Positions 11,580 to 25,624 of a stretch of DNA of 64,000 nt are shown one piece after another. The position numbers and the translations under genes are program-made. The DNA comes from Eledone cirrhosa. Lineage: Eukaryota. The stretch is taken from positions 167,152,001 through 167,216,000 of the forward strand of contig OZ024740.1 in assembly GCA_964016885.1 (NCBI GenBank), in the 5' to 3' direction. The notes below the pieces were generated by a model that searched no databases, was not told where the DNA came from, and saw only the letters and a list, made by a program, of their open reading frames with translations. Each line of letters opens with the position of its first letter. Positions within the stretch are counted from its first letter, which is position 1.

Positions 11580-14500
11580 TGGAAAGGTAAAGGGAGTTAA
11601 ATAATGAATTCATAGACATATATAAACAGACAAAGAAACATAGTTAAATGGACAGTGATAGACTTAGAATGAAAAACGAGAAATTGAAATTGTGAGGGAA
11701 TTCCAATGAGAATTTAAGCTATATAATCGGTTTCTTTGATCAAAGTTTCCACCAAAAATTGAATGACAATTCTTTTCGTAATCTGTGTGATTGATTTTCT
11801 TGTCAGAAAGCGTACATACGCATAACTGACAAGCAATTACATAGTGACTTGCGTGTAGGCACACAATAAGTGACATTTCTGACGATTGACTGATATCACA
11901 CCATATATGTTTATATTTCTTGTACACATACTTTTGCATCTGTATCTGGGCGTACTTGAAAATTTTTATGTTTGTATGAGTGTGTATGTGCACGAGTGAA
12001 TTTGTAATATATAACATGCTTTTAATCTATGCAGTTTATCTTCATTCACATATAAATGTCTTCAAATACACAAAAGCAATTCCAAACCTATAAACACACA
12101 CATCACATGTCATCAGTATATATATACCGACTTAACTTGAATAAATTCCCAGGTTTTCTATACGTTGAATCAAAAACCTCTACAATACGCCCATCTCTTA
12201 TCTATATATAATTATGATTTATGTTATTGTCATACAATCGAACTATTTCGGCGAATCACTTCAGTAATTCTGTTCTCCGATGGCATTTAAATATTTTATA
12301 AAGCACATGATAGCAAGCCATCTACCCATTCTCCAATCTCTTACTCTTCAACGTCACATAATAATAAGAACATACGATATTCTTTCGTAGTTTTATGTTT
12401 AATCTGATAGGAACAGCAATAGGTTTAATAGTTCACAAGTGATAGAAATATTCATACCACAGACATCTCGAAAATAAGCACCCTTGAGTATCAATTAAGT
12501 ATAGTTCCAGCTCTCTGAATTTAACCTCATAATAGATTATATCCTTATAAACCTGAGATAGTTACTCAGTGGTTACTTCCTTACAATTCCACGCTAACAA
12601 TTCTAATGTCACAAAAGAGATAATAAAGTACCCAAAATAAACGTAATTATGGTTTAGTACATTCATATACGGTTTAATAAACAGGAATAAATGTATCGAA
12701 TTAATTAAGAACGTTTCGTCGGATATTAACGGCATTGTATGTAGCAGGATTTGATGGCTCCCCAAAGGAAATAGACTTGGAACCAATCCAATGTCAATGG
12801 TTTTGTCAGTCTGCCACATAGATAATAAATTAATCAGGTTGATATATTCATCACCTAATATGAAGATATACAACTAGAGAAATGCTATATCAATAAACAG
12901 GTTATGGAATGTATAGCTACTGGACTTAACTCTCTGAGTCTCAAGATGGAGTGAAAACAAGAATAATAGAAGTTAAATGTGTAACCTATTTTGTTTCTTG
13001 TTGATGGAGATCAGTAACCTTATTTAAAAAATACAAAAGCCATCACATCTGTATAAAATGATTTATTACTTGTTTACTCGCAGATCAAACCTGAATGCGC
13101 AGCCGTATGTTGATCATCATTTCTTTTTCAGACATTGTATACATATCATTCAATATCCATTGTATTTTGTCATACTTTTAATCCGGGTCAAATTATGCTA
13201 TTTTTAGCTTCTAAGCTCCACATTTAGCTCTTTATTACTTTAATTGGTATATTAGGATTTTTTAAATTTATGTTTCACTATTTGCAGAGAAAATAATCAA
13301 CATTTTGTTATATTACAATAACTATTGTTTGTATTGTGATCTTTATGCGTCTGCAATGGATAGAGCTGCTATTTTATGTCAAATATTGTTGGTTTTTTTC
13401 TATATGAGTTATTACATTTTGAACTGCAACTCAGATTGTGTAACTCTGTTTTTTGCTTTACAAGATGAAAGTCATGCGTCAAGAGTCAGATGATCCAAAA
13501 TATACCTCACTTTGTTTTTAAGAAAAGTGTGGCGGGAAACTTTATTATCCAATATGTTCATCATTGTTTAAAGCGTTATGTTGTTGTTTGAGGAACGTTT
13601 TGCTATCATTTTAACAAATTTATATTACAAGGCCAATTGTTGATTCCTCAACGCCTATTGCATTTATCGTAAACATAGTACATCGTTTACCAGTTATTCC
13701 ATTTATATTTTCCTATTTATTCACGTTGTGGAAATTCATTTGCAAACAGTCTCTGATTTTCCGTTTTACATTAGTGTCAGATCTTTTTTTATTTATCATT
13801 TGAATCCTTCTTAGTTATGTTGATGTAGTAATTAATGTGCATAACATTATGCTTAAGGTATCTTTAACGATTTTGTGGAAGGAATAGTTTTAATTATATT
13901 GAAAGTAAGAGATGTGGAATTGCTGAAAATTAGAAGAAAATTATGATTATTAATGTGTGAAGGTAGAGGCATCGAAGCGCGAAAATTAGAGAAAAATACC
14001 GCTCTTCTAGACTTTTATAGAAAATATGCCGTTGGCGAGATATTTTATTTAGGCTTAATTGGTTAAAGGTGTCTTTAATAAATAGCATACATTGGCAAGC
14101 GATGGAATAGGGAAAAGAATAATAAATAACTAGTTGAAAGACAGAAAAGACAAATGTGAGAGAAAATATGAGACAAGTAAGAAGCATTGAGAAAAGGATG
14201 TAAATTAAAGTGGAGTTGAGGGACATGAATCCATTAGACTTAATAAAAATATGTTTACCAGAAGAATACTTAAAGAGCTGGAAATGGAACAAAAGAATTG
14301 TACAAGTACGTGTTTATGTATGAATAGAAAAGGAGAGGAACTTGAGCATACAGGTTTTCCATGTAAATAAAAGCCGTATGTGGGATTTTCTTATGTAGAT
14401 ATCTATGCTTGAAACTGCAAACTTATTGTCATAGCTATTAAATGTAACGGAAATGGATTTTGGAGGAGTGAAATATGGACAATTTATAGTATGTATTTAC

Positions 14501-14809
14501 AAGTGAGGATATGTGTTTGTGTGTGGAGGCGTATAGGGAATTGTGTGTGATAACTGAAGAGAGACTAAAATAACGATAGGTGAATGGAAGATAAAAGCTA
14601 TATGAATAATTTTAGTCGGTATGAGAAAAGGAAATTAAAATGGAAATTGGAAAGAAAATGGCAGTAGCAGGGAAGTGAAAGAAGGGAAATATATACAAAC
14701 ATACATACATAAATACTTTCATACATGCATGCATCCATCCATCCATACATACATACATATATACATACATACATATCCGTAGAACAAGTATTTCTACATG
14801 AGGCAAACA

Positions 14810-15790
14810 CATCATAAGATTTCGGAAGCAGTTCCCTCGTAAATACTCCCTGCTTTATAAGCAAAAACTCACACCCAAGGAAATTGCACAGCAATACGCA
14901 CTGAGTCCATGGATGAAAAGCTGGATGCTTATCGGTAAAATATCATGCATGGCTATGTTTTGAGAGTAATATAGATAAGCAAAGCAGTCTATCTTGGCTC
15001 AGCAACCGCTCTATTGGCTCTCACTTTGACAGACATGCTTTTGTAATCGAGTAATAGGAAATAACAACAAAATACATAAAGCTCAATTATTTCATCACGA
15101 TAATATTTACCATTGAATTACGATTTAGTGGTCAAAACACTACATAATGCAATCTGTAGAAAGGATACCTCTGAGAATAAATGTCTAAAAACTTAGAGTG
15201 ATGCGGAGGACATAAGCATACGTAATATGGAAGACTACTGGATGAAGGTTCCAGTCATAACTCCAACAAAATTCAAATAATACACAGGTATTAGATAGAG
15301 AAAAGAAGGCATACACATTAGTGGAAATCAGCTTCCCAGCAGATCTCATTATAATGTTAAAGATTAGCGAAAAGGGAAACATTTATGCGGACCTAATAAG
15401 AAATCTGCAAATACTCCAGCTTCACTATACTTTTCTATTGGTACCTGTAATTATTGGGACTGTGGGATATGTTACGCATTGCCTCTGCACAAATTTGGAG
15501 AAGCAAGTCTTCACAAAACGGGAAAGGTACAGCTTATTAGGAAGTTGCAAGTACAATCCAGAACTGTAAAATTATGTAAAATATTTCAGAAATTCAACAT
15601 GTAATAGTTCGATATACAAATATATAAATGCAGAAACGTATGCAAGTGAACATATATAGCTGAAAAGATACAGATCCACAAATGAAGTAACACAACTAAC
15701 TGAACACACACAAACATATACATACGTATTTACCTTGTTGTTGTTGTCTAAATTCAAATTGAAAAGTCTTATTACTATGCAAGAAATCTA
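14810..15790 (+). mobile_element. Degraded R4/Dong-like LINE 3' fragment
   Basis: CACACCCAAGGAAATTGCACAGCAATAC and VEISFPAD..I...ISEKGNIYADLIRNLQIL...VPVIIGTVG match the 18.3-20.1 kb element. Confidence 0.8.
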
Positions 15791-16002
15791 CTCTCATTTA
15801 CGCATTTATATATTATATAATTGATCGATCGATAATTTCCCCATAGGATTTGAATAGTTAATAACGTTTAAAATTATTTAAAATTATATAATAAAATACT
15901 AATTTGTTATTTGATTTCCAGTCCCTCGGTGACGGTAAAGATAACAGGTACATTAAATATTATATTTTTCAAATATTCTTTTCATTCTATATACATAGGT
16001 AT

Positions 16003-16004
<2 letters not shown>

Positions 16005-16099
<95 letters not shown>

Positions 16100-16157
16100 T
16101 GTGTGTGTATGCGTGTGTGTGTGTGTGTGTGTGCGTGCGTGTGTGTGTGTGTCTGAG

Positions 16158-16226
<69 letters not shown>
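16005..16226. repeat. (TG)n microsatellite
   Basis: Direct reading. Confidence 0.97.
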
Positions 16227-16228
<2 letters not shown>

Positions 16229-16229
16229 A

Positions 16230-16772
16230 CGAGAGGGTGCTGAACATTTCCTGGTTTGGTGTAAAAGAAAATACAGGAGGATCCGTTAGTTATGATTTTA
16301 TTCAACATATTTCCTCACTAATTCACACACTTATGGTAGCGGTTCTTCACTATTTCATGACGTACACAGCTTCATCTTTGAGCTCTGTTTACGTGGAAGT
16401 TGGCCGTCCTGATCGGGGTTCATTGTCACATCGAAATGACCAGTCCGAAACCTTCACATCCAGATTTTCACCATGGAGAAAGATGGACAGCCATATTTCA
16501 AGTCTTCTTAGATGTCGCCATAGATTTTAGCCGCTCCTTTGTCTTGTTAAGAGATACATTTTCTGAACGCCAGAGCTTCAATTTTACCAAATTCCACAGT
16601 AGGAAGTGTGACCGGGCTCTTAAGCTGTAAACAAAGAAAGAAAAATATATAATATACTATCATGATTATTTGCATATCTTCTCCTAAATATTTGTCCTAC
16701 GTCCGCTATAATGATAACAGCTCTACGCTTTCGCGATATCCTTTAGGCCAGGAAACATTCAGCACCCTCTCG
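16230..16772 (-). mobile_element. Internally deleted mariner DNA transposon
   Basis: TIRs CGAGAGGGTGCTGAACATTTCCTGG / CCAGGAAACATTCAGCACCCTCTCG flanked by TA; minus-strand remnants PSFSMVKIW..RFRTGHF..EPRSGRP (HTH region) and RYHKCV...KYVE* (C-terminus); DDD domain missing. Confidence 0.9.
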
Positions 16773-16778
16773 TATATA

Positions 16779-16860
<82 letters not shown>

Positions 16861-16961
16861 TATGTATACGTACATACATACATGTATACAGACGTACAGT
16901 AGTATGTATACACCGAAAACGATAAGTGGAAGAAATGAAACGAAATTTCATTTCTCAGTCT

Positions 16962-17110
16962 TAGAAGATCCCGTTAAGGGTGAAAGCAGCGAGTATTTGC
17001 TTAAACTATAATCTGTTTTTATTTAAAAAATATTTGCTCTATAGTTTTATATATTATCCCTATCGAGCCCTCTTCGGATTTTAGTCTTCACATTTATTAT
17101 TATTATTATA
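16962..17110 (+). mobile_element. 3' end fragment of the PLE family at 25.6-27.3 kb
   Basis: AGAAGATCCCGTTAAGGGTGAAAGCAGCGA...GGATTTTAGTCTTCA shared with 39223-39362. Confidence 0.8.
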
Positions 17111-18299
17111 TACATATATATATATATATACATGACAAGACAAACAAAAAGTTGCCATAACACAAAGTCTTATTAGTATCAAACTCAAGAGGAATTAGAG
17201 GAGAGTTTGACGTTTCCTACATAATTCCTTCTTCAGGAGAGTTCGAAGAGAGACAGAAAACGTTGGAACATTGGATTTTGAAAATAGGAGGCTTGAATTA
17301 GTAGGCGAGTACTCTGGCATTCTAGCGTGGGAGCCGAGGTAGCGATTCTCGGTGTGTCATGTGTGTTGTTATGTTTGTGTATAAGGTGTACATTTCATGG
17401 GTGAGTATTATTTCTTCTATCTATGTAGTTTGTGTATCGTTGATGGAAATAAGTGTTCGTCTGTTTCCGTGTCTGAAGTTTCGATGTAGTTTTTCTCTAG
17501 TGAATACATGCGTGTCTGTTTTTGTACGAGTGTGTGTATACATGTGTGTGTTTGAAAGTGTTTTTTAATGTTCTCTGAGGGAATACTCCTGTGTTTTTTC
17601 GTATGCATGTGCACTACGTGTGTATGCATGCTTGTGTCTGAGCTTATTTGTCGTTTATTGAGCGTGTATGTTCACGTGCCTGTATATGATTTTGTATGAG
17701 TGTATGGTATATATTTATGTGTGTATGTGTATATATATATATATATATATACAAACGTGAATTTGAAATTTTGTTGTTCGTGTCTGCATAATTGTGCAAG
17801 TTTGTGTATGGAGGTATTCAGGTACAGAAAATACCTTGATATCCATCAACGGCATGCCTAGAGATCGATGGGTACGCTGGTTCTCACCTGACTTACGATT
17901 GGCTCCGGAATCTGTTTTCAGCCAGAGATGGTTGTTTTTCCTCATAGACATTTCCTTCCGCCCAAGCTTCAAGATCAAGTCTATAACACATTCTGACAGC
18001 CGGGGTCTTCTGACTATCTTTACTCTTGCTTGGACAGTCTTTCTAGGCGCCACACCGAATAAAGAATTTGCCCTAGCAATGAGAGTGAAGTATTGTCTTG
18101 GTGATAGCAGAGTTATTAACAAAAGCAAAACTCCATAACGAATTCCATCATATATAACTAAAATATATTCTATCAGATGTATCTTATCGAACTCTACGAG
18201 TAAGCTCTCAAGAGAGATACGCAAGTACCAAAATGTTTGTCATTAGCACAAAATAGATTGGATCCCAAGAACAAAGAGACCCACTTGGCAAAAAAAACT

Positions 18300-20130
18300 A
18301 TCGACCCATTCAACGCCAGAAACTGATGTATAAGATGTATACTGCCTGAACCTATTTCAGATGATCAAGCAGCTGGAAAAGTGTTTGGGTGCGTGATGAA
18401 AAAACTAGAAACCAATCTAGCAACATTTTATCAAAGGCCTGTTTCACGGATATCTGAAGTGGACTGCTAGAGACATCTGGGGATAGATGAGAATATATCC
18501 TATAATGGTATTTGTAATAAGAAACGAGTAACCAGGGAATATTACAGTGGATTAAGAAAAATATGGTTATCGGACTATCTGCGAACAATAAGACAGTGAC
18601 TCACAATGTGTTTGCTGTGCCTGTCCTAACATCAGTGTTTGGACTACTCGATTGGAATATAGACAAAGTTCGAGCAATTGATGTTATAACTCGAAAAATT
18701 CTAAACGTCACCGGAAATTTCCACATCAACAGTGACAATAACCACCTCTACTTGAAACGTAAGCAGGGAGGCAGAGGCCTCACATATTTCCATACAGCAT
18801 TTGAGTGTCGCATTATATCCGTCCTGCAACATTTACGAACCTCCAAGCGTAGGAGCACAGCAATTGAGCAAGTCTGTCTGCATGAGGGAGATAAGATCAT
18901 GAGAGTTGGGAAGGAACTCCTTGAAAGATACTGGATGCCTGATAACACAAAAAATCACACCCAAGGAAATTGCCCAGCAATACCGCTGCGATTCCATGGA
19001 TGAAAAATTTATCATGCATGGATATGTTGCCAGGAAGCTCCAAAGTGAGTGTAAGGTTGATAGGCAATGTAATCTATATTGGACCAACAGCCACTATATT
19101 GACTATAGATATGTTGTTAGGAAGCTCCAGAGTGAGTGTAAGGTAGATAGGCAATGTAGTCTATCTTGGACCAACAGCCACTATTGGCTCCCACAATGAA
19201 AGATATGCGTTTGCAATCCAAGAACAAGAAGTCAACACAAAATACCTGATTCACAAAAGAGATCGGGTTACAGGCAAAACAACAAGATGTGACAACAAAT
19301 GCAGACTCTGCTGAATTAACATCGATGTCACCTATGTCATAAGTAACTGTCCAAAGATGCCATCACGATACTATTTATCTATGACGCATGATATAGTATC
19401 CAAAACACTGTCCAATGCAACACCTATAAAATATAGCTCCGACAATAAACAGATTAAAAAGTACAGCATTGTGGAAGACATACACATAGAGAATATGAAA
19501 GAGTACTCGTGGAATGTTCCAGTTAAAACCTCAATAATATGGAAGCATAACAGACTAGATATAATGAAATGGGACATGGAAAAGAAAGGATGCACAGTAG
19601 TAGAAGTTAGCTGCCCAGCAGTTGCCAATATAATATTAAAGATTAGCAAAAAGTAGAATATCTATGCAGACTAATGAGAAATCTTCAGATACTCCACCCT
19701 GACTATACCTTCAGATTTATACCTGTGATCATCAGAGTTCTGGGATATATTAGTAACTGCCTCAATACAAATCTTGGGCGTCACAGAAACAGATAGAACA
19801 TGAATAGCTAGGAAATTACAAGTACATTCCATTAACGGAATAGTAAAAATATGTTAAACATTCTAAGAATTCTGCATCGAATAACTCCATTTACACATGT
19901 ACAGATACAAAGCATATACATAGCATATGCTTATGCACACATATAACTCCAAACATCCACATCAACACATACAATAATATCCATACCTGCACACACATGC
20001 ATGCATGCAGACATACATACCTATCTACCTAGGGAATGCTGTGTAAATTCCAATGAGAAAGTCTTGTATCTATATGTTAGAAACTTACTTTCTGTATATT
20101 GGTAAAAATTTATAAATTTATAAAACCAGA
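18300..20130 (+). pseudogene. R4/Dong-clade non-LTR retrotransposon, 3' half (RT C-terminus, Zn knuckle, restriction-like endonuclease), degraded
   Basis: HLGIDENISY; NVFAVPVLTSVFGLLDW...DVITRKIL...H.NSD..LYLKRKQGGRGL; FAIQEQEVNTK; CRLC...VISNCPKM; HNRLDIMKWD...VVEVSCP; many stops and frameshifts. Confidence 0.85.
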
Positions 20131-20141
20131 ACATACAAACG

Positions 20142-20383
<242 letters not shown>

Positions 20384-20545
20384 ACTGCTCTGTAAATCAT
20401 CTGATGTTTTTACATTGAGCTACTTAACTTACTGGTAATAAGGTAGTAATACATTACTGCCTACCACTATTTAGGGTGTATATATAAAAAATACTTATAA
20501 CTGCATAAGGTTTTGTATTTACATAACCATAAATAGTGTAACTAA

Positions 20546-20582
<37 letters not shown>

Positions 20583-20584
<2 letters not shown>

Positions 20585-20850
20585 GTAGGAGGTGAGTTTT
20601 ATTGTAGCACAATAAAGCAATACAAATATCGGAAAAGTAGCACTCTACAGTTTGTAGGACTGGAGTATAAATAATATAAATATGTTCATTTAAAACTTCA
20701 CTATTCACAAGTGCTTTTTAAGCTTCATATCATGTCTCCCTATTTTATCTGATGAGAACGCAGATATCATCCCATGATGATATTTGTTTTTGAAATGCGC
20801 ATAATCAAATACTTGGAACTCTTTTAACCATCTTTTGATCTTATATTATA
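20583..20850. mobile_element. Family A mini element: minus-strand tail joined to plus-strand terminal repeat
   Basis: 20583-20678 matches tail at 30366-30460; 20680-20850 matches 30620-30788; (TA)n on both sides. Confidence 0.8.
20741..20811 (+). ncRNA. Type I hammerhead ribozyme motif (family A)
   Basis: TATTTTAT-CTGATGA-...GCAGATATCATC/GATGATATTTGT...-GAAA-TGCGCA-TA-ATCAAATA. Confidence 0.8.
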
Positions 20851-21158
20851 TATATATATAAATATATATATACGTGTGTGTGTTTGTGTTTGTGTGTGTG
20901 TGTGAGAGAGAGTGTGTGCGTGTGTCAGTATATACACACACACATATATACATATATATATACAAAAATACATACGTATATCGACGAAGATTAATAGAGT
21001 TCACATTCCTTTCTTTAATTTCCGTCTATATCTGTCCTAATCGCCCTGTCATTCAAATCCTCTCTCTGTCTCTGTCAATGATATCTCACTTTCGTACTTA
21101 ATAATATGCATGGATGGTATATCAGATACTCCCCTCCCTGAATATAATGGGTGTCAGA

Positions 21159-21226
<68 letters not shown>

Positions 21227-21445
21227 TCTGTGACCTCTTCAGTGACTGGGGATTCCTTTCTTTGTTTCTGTGCCTCTCCTTTGTTCTGTCCTACGCCATT
21301 TTGTTTCTGTGTATGTGTTGTGTGCTCAGTCTGCGCATGACCCACATCCGGGTGTATGTGTGTGTTTATGTTCATTTATTTATTTGTTTATTTACATGTT
21401 TCTTGTTGGTTGTTTGTTCTGTGTGTGTGTGTTTTCATTTTGTCC

Positions 21446-22543
21446 TTAATTGTAAGTTGTGATGTTGCTGTTCCACTCATATTTTCTATTTAATTTTGGT
21501 TGTAATTCTTTTATGTTTATTGCCTCTGTAATTTGTCTAAACATTGCGCTCTTTTCTGTGTGTAGATTCTATTTTTTTTTTATTTCTATGTTCTCTAATT
21601 TACCCTTGTGTTCTATTTTAGCATGTTGGTAGAGTACAGATGATTCTTTATTATCTTGAAGGTCTCGCCAGTGTTCATTTATCCGTTCTCCTACACTACG
21701 AGCTGTCTCACCTATGTACACTATATTTTTCTCTCTACATTGTCCTTCGGTACATCTTATGCTATACACTACATTTCTAGTTTTGCAGTTAATATGGGGC
21801 TTATTTTACAGGTTATACATTTCTTATCTATACATGAGGGTCTTTGAAAAGCGTATGTCTTGCTAATAAGTGTTTTTACGGAGGTACCTGGTCTTTCTAC
21901 TATCTTAATATTGAGTTTATGTTTGTTTAGGGCCCTTCTAAATTTGTAAGCTAATTCCCCTCTAGGGGTTGTATCGATGAACATTACACTCTGGTATTTA
22001 TTGCTATCATACCATAAGTTTATTCTATTAGCCTTGTTCCTAGTTCTTTCTATTCTATTCCAAAATTTGCTCCAATACAAGGGGCAGGTCCCCTTTATGT
22101 CATTATTTACCATTTTTTCCCATTTGGTTCTGGCTCCTCTATACACTCTGATTTTATCTCTCTGATTGTAGCCAGAGAACTGCATACGGTGGATGAAGTG
22201 TTGTATGTGTCTCTCTAGTTCTTCGGGGTTGCACATGCGGGACACGTTTCTCATCACCCGTACCAAATCCGCAATCAGTATGTTGATTTTGGTATGGTCC
22301 GAAACGGCCGAGTTTCGCTGGATCAGATGTTTGGAAGTCATGGGTTTGGCATAATGGGAATGGAGGATTTGTTTTTTGTTGTTAATGGTATCTAACCAGA
22401 GCTCTGTGTCTAGTACAGGTAATCGATGGTTGGGGTGTTTACTTGGGTAGTTTATAATAACTCTAATGCTCTGGTGGATGGAGTTTGCTATTTGCTGGAT
22501 GCTTTCCATTGTGTTTTTCTCTAGTTCCTGACTGTTCTCTAGA
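21446..22543 (-). pseudogene. Inverted copy of PLE thumb plus GIY-YIG coding region
   Basis: ORFs 21769-22557 and 21569-21769 nearly identical to 22612-23505 and 23505-23705. Confidence 0.92.
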
Positions 22544-23828
22544 AAACATATGCCCAAGAGGAAGGAGCAGCCATTGGTGTTAGCATTGCAGGCGATATAG
22601 CTAACTTATTCATGGTATGGTGGGACAGTAGACTTAAACTTAAACTTAAAGAACAATTAGAAGCCCCCTTAACCCTGATAATGTACTCCCGCTACGTTGA
22701 TGATATAAACATCGTAGTTAAGACACCCCCTCTAGAGAACAGTCAGGAACTAGAGAAAAACACAATGGAAAGCATCCAGCAAATAGCAAACTCCATCCAC
22801 CAGAGCATTAGAGTTACTATAGACTACCTAAGTAAACACCCCAACCATCGATTACCTGTACTAGATACAGAGCTCTGGTTAGATACCATTAACAACAAAA
22901 AACAAATCCTCCATTCCCATTATGCCAAACCCATGGCTTCCAAACATCTGATCTACCGAAACTCGGCCGTTTCGGACCATACCAAAATCAACATACTGAT
23001 TGCGGATTTGGTACGGGTGATGAGAAACGTGTCCCGCATGTGCAACCCCGAAGAACTAGAGAGACACATACAACACTTCATCCACCGTATACAGTTCTCT
23101 GGCTACAATCAGAGAGATAAAATCAGAGTGTATAGAGGAGCCAGAACCAAATGGGAAAAAATGGTAACTAATGACATAAAGGGGACCTGCCCCTTGTATT
23201 GGAGCAAATTTTGGAATAGAATAGAAAGAACTAGGAACAAGGCTAATAGAATAAACTTATGGTATGATAGCAATAAATACCAGAGTGTAATGTTCATCGA
23301 TACAACCCCTAGAGGGGAATTAGCTTACAAATTTAGAAGGGCCCTAAACAAACATAAACTCAATATTAAGATAGTAGAAAGACCAGGTACCTCCGTAAAA
23401 ACACTTATTAGCAAGACATACGCTTTTCAAAGACCCTCATGTATAGATAAGAAATGTATAACCTGTAAAATAAGCCCCATATTAACTGCAAAACTAGAAA
23501 TGTAGTGTATAGCATAAGATGTACCGAAGGACAATGTAGAGAGAAAAATATAGTGTACATAGGTGAGACAGCTCGTAGTGTAGGAGAACGGATAAATGAA
23601 CACTGGCGAGACCTTCAAGATAATAAAGAATCATCTGTACTCTACCAACATGCTAAAATAGAACACAAGGGTAAATTAGAGAACATAGAAATAAAAAAAA
23701 AATAGAATCTACACACAGAAAAGAGCGCAATGTTTAGACAAATTACAGAGGCAATAAACATAAAAGAATTACAACCAAAATTAAATAGAAAATATGAGTG
23801 GAACAGCAACATCACAACTTACAATTAA
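22542..23828 (+). pseudogene. PLE reverse transcriptase (partial) plus GIY-YIG endonuclease, frameshifted
   Basis: YAQEEGAAIGVSIAGDIANLFM; YSRYVDDINI; LPVLDTELW; HYAKPM; CIDKKCITC; (fs) CKTRNVVYSIRC...IVYIGETARSVGERINEH; (fs) RQITEAINI...PKLNRKYEW. Confidence 0.92.
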
Positions 23829-24027
23829 GGACAAAATGAAAACACACACACACATAACAAACAACCAACAAGAAACATGTAAATAAACAAATAAATAAAT
23901 GAACATAAACACACACAGACACCCGGATGTGGCGCATGCGCAGACTGAGTACACAACACACACACAGAAACAAAATGGCGTAGGACAGAACAAAGGAGAG
24001 GCACAGAAACAAAGAAAGGAATCCCCA

Positions 24028-24070
24028 GTCACTGAAGAAATCACAGAGTGTGTGACGAAAGAAGTATGAC
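24028..24070 (+). ncRNA. Minimal hammerhead motif in PLE 3' terminal repeat (family C)
   Basis: GTCA-CTGAAGA-a-ATCACA/TGTGAC-GAAA-GAAG-TA-TGAC. Confidence 0.7.
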
Positions 24071-24484
24071 AATATATAAACAACTATCTGGTTGTGGAAC
24101 CAACCAACCAACCAGAAATTTATAAGTTTATAAATTTATTATAAATTTATTATAATAAATTGAATTTAAAGCAACTGGTGCGTGTGTTTCTTATTGGCAA
24201 CATGACCCTCCCAAAGTATAACAATATCGGTTTCAACACACGATTTCAGATAAAGAATTTGCTAAACAAATTCAGAAACGAAATATATATATATATATAT
24301 ATATAATATATATATTGAATATTTACTCCAGTAAATTGTTGAGTGCTCTATATCAGTTATAAACTGTTACGTTTGTTTGAATCCCCCAAAAATTAAATAT
24401 AACTTCTGCATATATATAGATATATACATATATATATGTGTGTGTGTGTGTATGTATGTATGTGTATGTATGCGTGTGTGTGTG

Positions 24485-24905
<421 letters not shown>

Positions 24906-24911
24906 ACACAC

Positions 24912-24971
<60 letters not shown>

Positions 24972-24975
<4 letters not shown>

Positions 24976-25582
24976 CGTTTCTGAATTTGTTTAGCAAGAT
25001 TCTTTATCTGAAATCGTGTGTTGAAACCGATATTGTTATACTTTGGGAGGGTCATGTTGCCAATAAGAAACACACGCACCAGAGCTTTCACTTCAATTTA
25101 TTATATATTTATAAATTTATAAATTTACAAATCTACAAACTTATAAATTTCTGGTGGGTTGGTTGGTTCCACAACCAGATAGTTGTTTATATATAGTCAT
25201 AGTCCTTTCGTCACACACTCTGTGACCTTTTCAGTGACTGGGGCTTCCTTTGTTTGTTTCTGTGCCTTTCCTTTCTTCTGTCCTACGCCATTTTGTTTCT
25301 GTGTGTGTGTTGTGTGCTCAGTTTGCGTATGCGCCACATCCGGGTGTCTGTGTGTGTTTGTGTTCATTTATCTATTTGTTATCACTGAAGAGGTCACAGA
25401 GTGTGTGACGAAAGGACTATGACTATATATAAACAACTATCTGGTTGTGGAACCAACCAACCAACCAGAAATTTATAAGTTTGTAGATTTGTAAATTTAT
25501 AAATTTATAAATATATAATAAATTGAAGTGAAAGCAACTGGTCCGTGTGTTTCTTATTGGCAACATGACCCTCCCAAAGTAT

Positions 25583-25590
<8 letters not shown>
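24972..25590. mobile_element. Family C fold-back element (terminal repeats only)
   Basis: Minus-strand copy with tail 24972-25380; plus-strand copy 25381-25590 ending at AAAGTATAACAATAT; hammerheads at 25196-25238 (-) and 25382-25422 (+). Confidence 0.85.
25382..25422 (+). ncRNA. Minimal hammerhead motif (family C)
   Basis: TCA-CTGAAGA-g-GTCACA-gagtg-TGTGAC-GAAA-GGAC-TA-TGA. Confidence 0.75.
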
Positions 25591-25622
<32 letters not shown>

Positions 25623-25624
25623 AT

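Larger units (their letters stand above)
21225..24285 (+). mobile_element. 5'-truncated Penelope-like element with 1.3-kb inverted arm
   Basis: 21225-22543 is the near-identical reverse complement of 22731-24049; RT plus GIY-YIG; hammerhead and tail at 3' end; (TA)n on both sides. Confidence 0.95.

Noticed and set aside
12725-12825. Minus-strand YFLWGAIKS, similar to a Tc1/mariner motif
   Set aside because: The preceding SPDL motif, TIRs and other transposase motifs are not visible.
17205-17245. Minus-strand CTGAAGAAGG...GAAACGTC hammerhead-like string
   Set aside because: Stems I and II do not pair in this copy; probably a decayed PLE motif, not annotated.
22612-23705. Intact autonomous PLE gene
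   Set aside because: RT is 5'-truncated and the endonuclease is frameshifted.
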